A stretch of DNA of 64,000 nucleotides from a virus. A program made the position numbers and the translations under genes. Positions 29,932 through 38,264 of this stretch are shown piece by piece. Location of the stretch: the IMG/VR virus record IMGVR_UViG_3300028394_000034. One strand, written 5' to 3'. The first letter of the stretch is position 1. The number at the start of each line of letters is the position of its first letter. The notes beneath the pieces were generated by a model, which made no database searches, was not told where the DNA came from, and saw nothing but the letters and a program-made list of their open reading frames with translations.

Positions 29932-30204
29932 TTAGATTTTAGCAGAGTATCTTGATCCAGTATTAGCAATTACATATGGTCTTGTTGGTTTTCTTCCACG
30001 CATAGCACGAAAACCTATTCGACGTATAACATGACACATACTTTGGTATCCGGCATAGAAACTGACACCCCTAAAACCATTCTTTTTAATGTGTTCATAT
30101 ACATCGAAAGAGCAATTATATTTTTCCATCAGTTCAATAAATTCTTGTTTTGCTGATTCGTCATCAAGCAACATCTGTGTTAATTTATTAGTATGTCTGC
30201 CCAT
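29932..30204 (-). CDS. Hypothetical protein
   Basis: ORF track; AAGGAG RBS. Confidence 0.6.
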   Translation of the reverse strand: MGRHTNKLTQMLLDDESAKQEFIELMEKYNCSFDVYEHIKKNGFRGVSFYAGYQSMCHVIRRIGFRAMRGRKPTRPYVIANTGSRYSAKI

Positions 30205-30225
30205 TTGTTTTCTCCTTATGTGGTT

Positions 30226-30262
30226 GTGTCAAAGGGTATGGAGTCTCCAATACCCCTGACAC
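30226..30262 (-). promoter_or_regulatory. Intergenic GC-rich hairpin (processing or termination site)
   Basis: GTGTCA..GGGTAT.GGAG / CTCC.ATACCC.TGACAC inverted repeat with no U-tract. Confidence 0.5.
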
Positions 30263-30269
30263 TAAACCC

Positions 30270-31430
30270 TCACCCGATACAAAACTTGTCACTAATTTGA
30301 GAAGCAAGGTCTTTAGCAGAGTTAGATAGGAATCTATTGTTGCTAAAGTAGAGCGGCGTTGAGACTTGATTAAGGAACTCTACGACCGTCTTTAAAAGCT
30401 TGGTCTGCTGACCGTCCAGACTCATATCTTCGTCCTCTACGGGCATCCTATCGTCTACCAGAGCATCCTCATCTTGGATGGGTTGAACTGGCATTGGATC
30501 ACCATAAGCCTTTTGAAAAACTGTACTCTTAGCATGATCATAAACAGCCTTACAATAATCTGGACTACTATTATTATAGTTCTCAGAATTTGAAACTCGC
30601 ATTTTATTGAGAATTTCTGTGGCAACATTAACTGATACTGGAACTCCAGTAATATCAGACTGCTTGTATGCCTTGGCATAACCCTTATACCATTCATCAC
30701 TGCACTTATCAGCAATGATCTGCAAGGTAGCTGGTTGACCAGTAAGAGCAGACTTTAGATCAGCAACATTAATCGGTTGACCAGTGCTGCCGTTAAGCAG
30801 ACTTGTGAAGTATGGGGCTTTCTTTTCCCACTCTTTACGCCACCAAGTGTAAGGAACACGATAAATTTGATTAGCCTTGATAGCTCTTGGATCACCACCA
30901 AAGTAATTTACCAGTTTCTTCTGTAGTCCATTCCAGAAAGTCTGGTTAGAACCAACAATGTTTCTTGAAGCATCATCAAAAATCCAGTAGCACTGATAGC
31001 CATTGCGAGTATCAACAACCCAACTTGGCTGAACAGGGAAACCGTTGATCTTATTTAGAAACTCCTTCTTCTTTTGCATTACAATACTGGGCTTAAAGTA
31101 ACTACCTTGATCATCTCTACCAGCATCCATATCACAGAAACAACTGGTAAACTGTTTGATAGCATAAACCTTACGACCACCATTCACATAAAAATATGAA
31201 TCCGAATGATTATTAATGTTTGCTTCAAGCATCTCATTAATATCATTAGTATGACTCATGCTGCTAATCTTCTTACGAGGATTACCATTATAGATAAAGA
31301 TATGGTTCTGATTGAATGAATTCAAAAATCTTTGTCTATTCTGAGCATAACCATTAGCATGAACATTGTTGTCTTTATCAAACGGGTTGAAACCAATATT
31401 GTCGCTAAACATTTGTTTTCCTTTTTCCAA
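30270..31430 (-). CDS. RepB-type DNA primase (AEP superfamily)-like protein
   Basis: FCDMD (DxD), PSWVVDTRNGYQCYW, GGDP...QIYRVP. Confidence 0.65.
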   Translation of the reverse strand: MEKGKQMFSDNIGFNPFDKDNNVHANGYAQNRQRFLNSFNQNHIFIYNGNPRKKISSMSHTNDINEMLEANINNHSDSYFYVNGGRKVYAIKQFTSCFCDMDAGRDDQGSYFKPSIVMQKKKEFLNKINGFPVQPSWVVDTRNGYQCYWIFDDASRNIVGSNQTFWNGLQKKLVNYFGGDPRAIKANQIYRVPYTWWRKEWEKKAPYFTSLLNGSTGQPINVADLKSALTGQPATLQIIADKCSDEWYKGYAKAYKQSDITGVPVSVNVATEILNKMRVSNSENYNNSSPDYCKAVYDHAKSTVFQKAYGDPMPVQPIQDEDALVDDRMPVEDEDMSLDGQQTKLLKTVVEFLNQVSTPLYFSNNRFLSNSAKDLASQISDKFCIG

Positions 31431-31493
31431 CTTCCTATCTACAATTTTGATATTGGGACAGTAAACACTACCATCAAAAGCAATATCTAAAAA

Positions 31494-31573
31494 AGATGGT
31501 AACGGAATCGAACCGTTATTGTATGATAGTAGAAACTATATAGGTACTATCTTACAAGTTCCAAACACCACCT
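31494..31573 (-). ncRNA. tRNA-like element (acceptor stem plus T-arm, no canonical D or anticodon arm)
   Basis: AGGTGGT/ACCATCT acceptor, AACGG-TTCGATT-CCGTT T-arm, long central hairpin. Confidence 0.55.
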
Positions 31574-31580
31574 TGGCTTT

Positions 31581-32477
31581 TTACTTATAGAAACCGTTGC
31601 TCCCATCTTCATCATCCATCTCATCTTCTTCGTCACTATCAAGATCGTCCTCATCTTCATCTTCGTCATCAAACTGATCCCAATAGTTCTCATCATAATC
31701 ATTCAGATAATCATCCTCATCATCTTCGTAATCATCTTCACTGAAATTGGCCTTATAAAGAGGCTTGAGAAGCTCACCCTCATACTGTCCAACCACTTCA
31801 TAGCGACAAGTACGAAGCTTTTCACAATTAGAATCACTTGGAACACTAACTACATCTTTGGGGTTAATCTTAACGATCACAATACGGTCGCCAGCCTCCA
31901 GGCTACCATAATTAGCGACATAATTTAATGCTCCAGCATGAAGTCCATTAGAGCAACCACGACCACGATCATCGTCAACTTTTGCTCTTTGCATTTCGCA
32001 GACCTGACCAACACTGTTGTCAAAAACTCCTCTATACTTATCCTTAAAGTCTGAACGAACAGCCTTATAGGCGAGAAAGAAACCATCCTCAGTAATAGGA
32101 AGATGCTCATGCTCCAAGAAATCATAAAGTTCTTTCTGACTCTGCATACTTGGATTTTCCATGATATTATTCAGGAAATTAACAAGGGGCTGAAAAGGCA
32201 ATCCCTTGCTCATAAACTCCAGAATACGCTTACTAATACTACCATGAACTTCCTCACCCTCGTAGAGAACCTGTCCATTCTTGATCTCCACAAGACCATC
32301 GCTAAAAGTAGCAACAGCTTTCTGAACATCAACAACTTCCAGTAGTTCATCTGCCGTAGCAGAGGGAAGTCTTTCCAGAATCAACTTATAGTTGATATGA
32401 TCTGGCAACACCTGATAACTCTGATTATTAAGAACCAGTGTCAAATTACCATCCACAAACATAAACGGAACAGCCAT
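31581..32477 (-). CDS. rIIB: rIIB-like protein with acidic tail
   Basis: PITEDGFFLAYKAV, CSNGLH, KINPKDVVSVPSD...KLRTCRYEVV; directly downstream of rIIA. Confidence 0.85.
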   Translation of the reverse strand: MAVPFMFVDGNLTLVLNNQSYQVLPDHINYKLILERLPSATADELLEVVDVQKAVATFSDGLVEIKNGQVLYEGEEVHGSISKRILEFMSKGLPFQPLVNFLNNIMENPSMQSQKELYDFLEHEHLPITEDGFFLAYKAVRSDFKDKYRGVFDNSVGQVCEMQRAKVDDDRGRGCSNGLHAGALNYVANYGSLEAGDRIVIVKINPKDVVSVPSDSNCEKLRTCRYEVVGQYEGELLKPLYKANFSEDDYEDDEDDYLNDYDENYWDQFDDEDEDEDDLDSDEEDEMDDEDGSNGFYK

Positions 32478-32521
32478 AATCCAAACTCCTAGTTTTTAGT
32501 TACGATACCTGTGATACTGTC

Positions 32522-32549
32522 ATTTTACACTAATCGGCAAGCTTGTCAA
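32522..32549 (-). promoter_or_regulatory. Sigma70-type promoter with CGAT spacer word (rIIB)
   Basis: TTGACA-agcttgccgattagtg-TAAAAT. Confidence 0.65.
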
Positions 32550-32570
32550 GGGGTCTTGAGAAATTTCTGA

Positions 32571-35261
32571 CTACTTGACTAAACTACTCAACTGAATTCT
32601 AAATAGGTCAATATTATCTTGGCTCATCTGCATTATCCAATCCTTACCATCATTATTATAATACGAGTGACGTTCATCAAGTTGATTAATAGGATTTTTC
32701 TTGGCTCTTAGATCAGCAAGAACTCCAGTAACTTGATGACTACCAAGAATATACTTTAGCATAGGATTCTTATCAAGTTCAGTCCTGACGCTCTCTCTAA
32801 TCTTAGAGATTGCTGGCAGTTTAAAACTTTCCTTAGACTCGCCCTTAATAATTTTCAGATAAGTTTCGGCTTTATCAGAATTAGATCCAGTATAAAGTGA
32901 TCGACTAATCAAACTGGTCAAGACATTGTAGGCCAAACTAGCCTTACGAATATCCTTACTATCTACTGATCGGATATTGGCTTTGTCCATTAACTTTGAG
33001 ATATGAGAGAAATAATCTGATTGAGAAAATCTTTCAATCCTAAAGTTACTATCATGAACAGTATTAGCAAAGAATTCCATAAGCATAGTAGTATCTATGC
33101 ACTCAACTAGAGTCTTGCTACCAATAAACTTTTCATAATTCAACCCAAAGATATTCAGCATATGAAACATGAACTGCTTGTCCATAGTTCCGTGATTATA
33201 ATATCTATAATGGTTATTCTTATGCTCTTCACTTGCATATTCTTTCTTACAGAAGTCAACAAGATCATTGAAAGAAGCCAAACTTGAAAAATGTTTCTGA
33301 GTAACAATCTTCAACTGACGCTTAAAGAACTCATTAAAACTGACAAGATTATACCCATCATTTTGAAGCTTTTTAACAAAAGCGTTTTTGATAGCATAAA
33401 TCTTACTATCTCCCAGCAAATCCTTGACTATAAACTTCAAGCTATCATCACCAAGAGTCGTGGTAATATCATTAATCTCAGGATGACCGGATTCAGCCTC
33501 AGTCTTATATCGAAGCATGGGAACGTACACTATCTCATCCTGCTCTAGAAAATCTTCCAGTTGTTCTTCTGAAAGAACTCTAAGACAAGTAGCATCATTA
33601 TAAGGATTAGTGATCTGCTTACTATCCTTGTCATAGCCATGAATAAAGAATACATCTTGATCGCTTACGCTACCATTAGAGTTTCTATTATAAGACTTTC
33701 TTGGGCCAGAACTTTGAGTAAGATGTTTGTAGTCTGAAACCTTGAGCAGATTTTCGGAACCAACATCTTCGATCAGCTTATCAAAACCTTTTTGACTATT
33801 AGTATAGTCTTTAGTATCAAGAAGCATATAAGCAAAGCAATCATTTTGATTGCAATACCTAGTGATAATCTTCTTTGCTGTTTCTTCACTCTTAACATCA
33901 CACACAAAGAAAGCTATATTTCCTCGCTTCTTGACATTATTCCAATAATAAGAACCCTTACCCGTCAAAGTTCCATGATGAATTTTTTCTGTAAGAGCAA
34001 CCAATCGACGAGAACGATAACCAGAACTTGTATAGTTAAAGACGTACAGACTCTTTCCAGCAGGAATTTTATATTCCAAATCTTTCCCAGAATTAATATC
34101 ATGATCCTTACCATTAGCATCAGTCCAAGTTGCACCAACACCCCAACCTCCAGCCAATTCATTCATAGTATAATATGAACTAATTGCTTCTACCTTGGTC
34201 TTGGATTCTTTAATTTTCTTGGAGAATTCTTCCTTCATCTCCATGTAAATTTCTTGGGTCTTTTTACGCAGTGCCTTAATTACATCCTTAGTATACTGCA
34301 AACCTTCGCGGCTAACATCCATCTCAAGTTCACCGATACCAAAATCAAGTTCAAGATAAAGGCCAGAGTTAAGAATCTCTCCCACAAAACTCTTCCAAGA
34401 ATCAATGTCTGCTTTCTGGAAAGCCCTATTCCACTTCTGAATATGGTCGGGCATTTCTTCCTTTTCTTGACCAACAATCTGTGCGGTTTGAACAGGATAC
34501 GCGATATTCCCCATGATAGCGATGATACCACTATCAATTCGATGATAATTGCTGGGAAAATAACTGTTATCATTATTGAGTCGGCAAACTCTCCAACCCT
34601 CACCACTAATAACGATATTGGTATTGCTATACTTATGATCCATAAGATTACCACCAACACCACCCTCAATGATGGGTTTCATTCGGAAGTAGTGGAAAAT
34701 TCTCTTAGCCTTATCGGTGAACTCTTGAAAGTCATGCTGCTTAACAGCAAAACTAATCTCAAGACCATTAAGCTCAGATGTTTCGGAAGTATTAAAAAGA
34801 TTCAGAGTAGGAACACCACTCTCGTCAATTGCTGCAATATAGGTGTACTTCTTACCATTGTAATATGATGCAGTGGTGAAGCTCTTGGTATAAGCAAACG
34901 GACTCTTAGACCCTAGACCAAGACAACCAACAAAATCATTGCTATCATTCTTGTTGGATGCTCCGTAGGTTGTATACAAGTCCTCCATATCGGCCTGACT
35001 AAGACCAGTACCATAATCTCTCACCATAAAGGTAGGATTAGCAGCGGTGGGCAAAGTAACCTTAAAGGGATTCTTATTACCGGCAGAGATATGACTATCA
35101 TAAGCATTAGTAGAAAGCTCACGAATTGCAGCCATAACCTTATCAGAATAGAGAGAGTCTGAAAGGATTTTAAACATCTTGCTCGTCTGAGCAATGTTAA
35201 ACTGATTCCTGCTTGCAACACCAACGCTGTGAGTCTCAATCGTCCTATCTGCCAACTTCAT
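32571..35261 (-). CDS. rIIA: rIIA-like protein (GHKL ATPase N-terminus)
   Basis: LYSDK...IRELSTNAYD, VRDYGTGLS, GCLGLGSKSPFAY. Confidence 0.85.
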   Translation of the reverse strand: MKLADRTIETHSVGVASRNQFNIAQTSKMFKILSDSLYSDKVMAAIRELSTNAYDSHISAGNKNPFKVTLPTAANPTFMVRDYGTGLSQADMEDLYTTYGASNKNDSNDFVGCLGLGSKSPFAYTKSFTTASYYNGKKYTYIAAIDESGVPTLNLFNTSETSELNGLEISFAVKQHDFQEFTDKAKRIFHYFRMKPIIEGGVGGNLMDHKYSNTNIVISGEGWRVCRLNNDNSYFPSNYHRIDSGIIAIMGNIAYPVQTAQIVGQEKEEMPDHIQKWNRAFQKADIDSWKSFVGEILNSGLYLELDFGIGELEMDVSREGLQYTKDVIKALRKKTQEIYMEMKEEFSKKIKESKTKVEAISSYYTMNELAGGWGVGATWTDANGKDHDINSGKDLEYKIPAGKSLYVFNYTSSGYRSRRLVALTEKIHHGTLTGKGSYYWNNVKKRGNIAFFVCDVKSEETAKKIITRYCNQNDCFAYMLLDTKDYTNSQKGFDKLIEDVGSENLLKVSDYKHLTQSSGPRKSYNRNSNGSVSDQDVFFIHGYDKDSKQITNPYNDATCLRVLSEEQLEDFLEQDEIVYVPMLRYKTEAESGHPEINDITTTLGDDSLKFIVKDLLGDSKIYAIKNAFVKKLQNDGYNLVSFNEFFKRQLKIVTQKHFSSLASFNDLVDFCKKEYASEEHKNNHYRYYNHGTMDKQFMFHMLNIFGLNYEKFIGSKTLVECIDTTMLMEFFANTVHDSNFRIERFSQSDYFSHISKLMDKANIRSVDSKDIRKASLAYNVLTSLISRSLYTGSNSDKAETYLKIIKGESKESFKLPAISKIRESVRTELDKNPMLKYILGSHQVTGVLADLRAKKNPINQLDERHSYYNNDGKDWIMQMSQDNIDLFRIQLSSLVK

Positions 35262-35301
35262 CTTTATTCTCCAAAAGTGTTATCGTTCCTGTTATGGCTC
35301 A

Positions 35302-35330
35302 AGTATACCATCGGCAAATCGTCTTGTCAA
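35302..35330 (-). promoter_or_regulatory. Sigma70-type promoter (rIIA)
   Basis: TTGACA-agacgatttgccgatgg-TATACT. Confidence 0.75.
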
Positions 35331-35578
35331 GCACAACTTTTCTTTTGTTGTCTGTCGGAGATTATTTTAAAGCCTATGGCTATATCTATCAGACCCAAAA
35401 CTTTTAAAAATACCACAGGCAAGGTAAATGTCATACCTCCAACTAATATGCACAGCAATCCCATAATCCATACGACAAATTTTGGCATCCAATCAAATAA
35501 TGATAGCAAGTAACTCATTGGTCCTATAATCAGCACAGATAAAAATATTATAGTTACTAATAGTGCTAAACTAGCCAT
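35327..35578 (-). CDS. Membrane protein
   Basis: Three hydrophobic segments. Confidence 0.6.
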   Translation of the reverse strand: MASLALLVTIIFLSVLIIGPMSYLLSLFDWMPKFVVWIMGLLCILVGGMTFTLPVVFLKVLGLIDIAIGFKIISDRQQKKSCA

Positions 35579-35898
35579 CAGTTTTCTTCATCTTCTTCTT
35601 CGTCTTTATCGTAAGAAAAGTTTCTCTCATCATAAGGAGTCCAATCTTCTTCTTCATTTTCTTCGTCATAATCTGCTTCTGAATCTGCCATCTCTACTTC
35701 GTCCATAACCATAGTTATTTCTTGTAGAATCTCAAATACTTTTTCTAAGGTATCATCTATCTTTTTTATTTTAGTTTCGATATTCTTAACACTTTTCTTA
35801 AGCTCATTAATGTCTTTAGATATGTGAGTATCCATATTATGAATATCTTTATTGCTTTTCATCACTTCCTTAATCACATCATCAATATTCTTGGACAT
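35578..35898 (-). CDS. Coiled-coil acidic hypothetical protein
   Basis: ORF track. Confidence 0.6.
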   Translation of the reverse strand: MSKNIDDVIKEVMKSNKDIHNMDTHISKDINELKKSVKNIETKIKKIDDTLEKVFEILQEITMVMDEVEMADSEADYDEENEEEDWTPYDERNFSYDKDEEEDEEN

Positions 35899-35908
35899 TT
35901 TGGCCTCT

Positions 35909-36226
35909 TTATTTCAGGCGTTTATATTCTTTAATATCGCCATTTTCTACAATCTTTTTATCTTCGTATGGTTCCGCTACCCTACGATAAAATTCTTGCT
36001 TTATATTCTCTAATACACCAGTAACCATAGCGATTTTAGGATAGGAAGGATCGCCCATTAGAGAACTTACAATACGAGAAAAACAATAGTTTATATCTCC
36101 TAACAGAGTAACAAACTCATTGTTATCCATGTGGCCTTGCAATCCCTTTGGGGTATTTATGCAGTCCACTAGTTTATCTATACAAACATCTAGTTGTTTT
36201 CTTAAATCTTCTTTAATATATGGCAC
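35909..36226 (-). CDS. Conserved phage hypothetical protein
   Basis: MPYIK...GDINY...GVLENIKQEFYRRVAEPYEDKKI.ENGD. Confidence 0.7.
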   Translation of the reverse strand: MPYIKEDLRKQLDVCIDKLVDCINTPKGLQGHMDNNEFVTLLGDINYCFSRIVSSLMGDPSYPKIAMVTGVLENIKQEFYRRVAEPYEDKKIVENGDIKEYKRLK

Positions 36227-36227
36227 T

Positions 36228-36782
36228 TTAATCTCCAGTACATTTACATTTGTATCTTAAACAATAAGAACACTTAGGGCCAGGATCAGTATTTCCAAAA
36301 TAATTAGAGTTTCCTTCCCAAGTTTCTTTACCAGTATCAATACATACCAATTTCTTTTTACCTTCTACTCTAATATAGCCAATGTTTTCCCAATGACAAT
36401 CCCAAAATTTAAGTTTGGTTTTTATGTAAATCTCATCAACTAATTTTTGTATTCTAGTTAATGGTATAGAATTTTTATTCAGTGTTTTAGCTATCTCTGT
36501 AATATATCCCCAACCACTTCTTTGACCGGGAAACAATACATCATATTTCATCTTACATAGTTTAGAATATACTTTCGGTGCAAGATTATGTTTGCTTAAT
36601 TTAAGCTGAACTTTCCTAGCATATTCAGCCCTAGATTTAGAGATAAATTCCTTAAAGGCTAAGTTCTTATGATTGAGGATACAATAAAATGTACAATATC
36701 CTCCTTGATCACTATATGAGTGTAGATCAATCTTATATTTGGTGTTTATCATCTCAATAAGAAACAACCTGCGCTTCTTCAC
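36228..36782 (-). CDS. Protein-kinase-like fold protein
   Basis: AFKEF, LAPKVY, GYITE, WDCHWENIG (catalytic loop), CIDTG (DFG-like). Confidence 0.55.
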   Translation of the reverse strand: MKKRRLFLIEMINTKYKIDLHSYSDQGGYCTFYCILNHKNLAFKEFISKSRAEYARKVQLKLSKHNLAPKVYSKLCKMKYDVLFPGQRSGWGYITEIAKTLNKNSIPLTRIQKLVDEIYIKTKLKFWDCHWENIGYIRVEGKKKLVCIDTGKETWEGNSNYFGNTDPGPKCSYCLRYKCKCTGD

Positions 36783-37080
36783 CAGTTAAATAATATAGAA
36801 AATTAAGAGCTTTATCTAGATCATAAAACTCTCCAAGAAACATTGGGCCAGACATTACATCATCCATATATCTCTTGCCGTAAACTTGGTAGAATGGCTC
36901 ATCATAAGCATCTCTCTCAGTTGAGAGAAATTCGGCAGCAGTATTTATCTGATCTATATAAGTCCCACCTTCATCATCATGGAACTCTCTTACTGTAACT
37001 AGAACAAAAGTGTCTATCGGAGATTTGGGATTATGATTTTTAATTGATGCCATACATAATCTATTTCCTCTAGATCTCAT
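36754..37080 (-). CDS. Hypothetical protein
   Basis: ORF track. Confidence 0.55.
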   Translation of the reverse strand: MRSRGNRLCMASIKNHNPKSPIDTFVLVTVREFHDDEGGTYIDQINTAAEFLSTERDAYDEPFYQVYGKRYMDDVMSGPMFLGEFYDLDKALNFLYYLTGEEAQVVSY

Positions 37081-37082
37081 TT

Positions 37083-37316
37083 TTACTTCCTGTATAGTGG
37101 AACCACAGAACTTTGATCAACATGAATATTATTACATAAGCGAAGATCGAACAAATCTCCACGATCATTTATTCTAGCCCAAGCAACAGGATTAGCAAGA
37201 TTATTTTCTTGAAATTTTTTTAATTCGTCTTTAGCATTATTTACCACAAAACGATCAGCACCATTTGCCCAAGCAAACTCAATCAGATACTCAATAGGAT
37301 TAGAATTTTGTTTCAT
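37083..37316 (-). CDS. Hypothetical protein
   Basis: ORF track. Confidence 0.55.
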   Translation of the reverse strand: MKQNSNPIEYLIEFAWANGADRFVVNNAKDELKKFQENNLANPVAWARINDRGDLFDLRLCNNIHVDQSSVVPLYRK

Positions 37317-37525
37317 TAAGAATCTTTCTTTATAACAACTTCAGCACCAACAAACTCAGGCTTATAATAGCCAGTCAAACTATCTTTTTGATAAACATCA
37401 TGAACCATAAATTTAACATCTAAACCATTGGGTGCTTTGATAATCTCACTATCAATATATCTTTCAATAGCTTTTCCGATATCGTCAGGAGTTAAAGTTA
37501 TGTGCGTTCTATTGTGGATCTTCAT
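37316..37525 (-). CDS. Hypothetical protein
   Basis: ORF track. Confidence 0.55.
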   Translation of the reverse strand: MKIHNRTHITLTPDDIGKAIERYIDSEIIKAPNGLDVKFMVHDVYQKDSLTGYYKPEFVGAEVVIKKDS

Positions 37526-37544
37526 AATAGTTCCTTCAAATTAG

Positions 37545-37819
37545 TAGGAGCGGTGAGAATCGAACTCACACTGGATGGATTTTCTTACCACTATAGTTTT
37601 CACTACCATTTCTGTTTGTGGTCTGGACTTTATCTTAACCATAACTTTCGTTTTAGGTTCCTGCCGTCAAGTCTCTACACCTTCATAATATTTCTATTAA
37701 GCTTGGCTCGGTATTAGCAGTTAAGCTTTCACCGAATTTGACAAGTTCTACATTAAAGATTTCTCTCTAAGCACTCAAATTGTATAAGTCCATTGTCTCT
37801 GCCGTTGGACTACGCTCCC
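37545..37819 (-). tRNA. trnL: tRNA-Leu(UAA), intron-split (exon 1 37786-37819, exon 2 37545-37583)
   Basis: Spliced product GGGAGCG..ATGGA-CTTAAAA-TCCAT..GTGAG-TTCGATT-CTCAC-CGCTCCT-A, 73 nt, CCA not encoded. Confidence 0.88.
37584..37785 (-). ncRNA. Group I intron (202 nt, no ORF) in the anticodon after U34
   Basis: P1 ACUU/GAGU with U.G at the 5' splice site; P AAUUCGGUGAAA; Q AAUACCGAGCC; R UGUAGAGACUUGACGG; S AAGAUAAAGUCC; terminal G. Confidence 0.88.
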
Positions 37820-37919
37820 ATATACTTCCAAGCTACATATCATAACGATTAGTTAGATTGTGTCTATGTTGTCTCTACTAATTTTTATGAGGGATGTAGT
37901 TGGAAGTTTTGGGTTAACA

Positions 37920-38231
37920 TCAGCCGTTAGAATGAGCGGCCTTTAGGCGGCGAACAGTCTCAGCCATAGCTTCGACATTATCCACAGTCTTAATGGGCTT
38001 TGCACGTTCCATAGCGGGCAGTTCCTCACCCTTCTTAGCCAGAGAAGCCTTTGTACGAGCATAACGAGCCATCGTACTAGCAATCTTCTGACCAGTCTTA
38101 GTAGCAATCTCAGCATAAGTCTTGCTGGAAAAAACTGCCTCAAGAAACTGGTCATCACTGCAACGAACACGACTCTGCTTCTCAGTAGTAGTAACTTCAG
38201 CCATAATAAAATCCTCCAAATTATTAACCAA
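37920..38231 (-). CDS. Small basic protein, putative DNA-binding
   Basis: KTYAEIATKTG HTH-like segment, own promoter and GGAG RBS; likely start at MAEVTT. Confidence 0.65.
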   Translation of the reverse strand: MVNNLEDFIMAEVTTTEKQSRVRCSDDQFLEAVFSSKTYAEIATKTGQKIASTMARYARTKASLAKKGEELPAMERAKPIKTVDNVEAMAETVRRLKAAHSNG

Positions 38232-38264
38232 TCTTACAAGCTAGGCTCAGTCGAGCGACTGATC

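Noticed and set aside
31581-31760. GAT/GAA-rich tandem repeat
   Set aside because: It simply encodes the acidic Asp/Glu tail of rIIB.
34254-34868. 204-aa plus-strand ORF, and other plus-strand ORFs opposite minus-strand genes
   Set aside because: They lie antisense to rIIA or other well-supported genes, with no RBS or recognisable motifs.
37502-37717. 71-aa plus-strand ORF as an intron-encoded protein
   Set aside because: It is antisense to the tRNA and intron and has no endonuclease motif.
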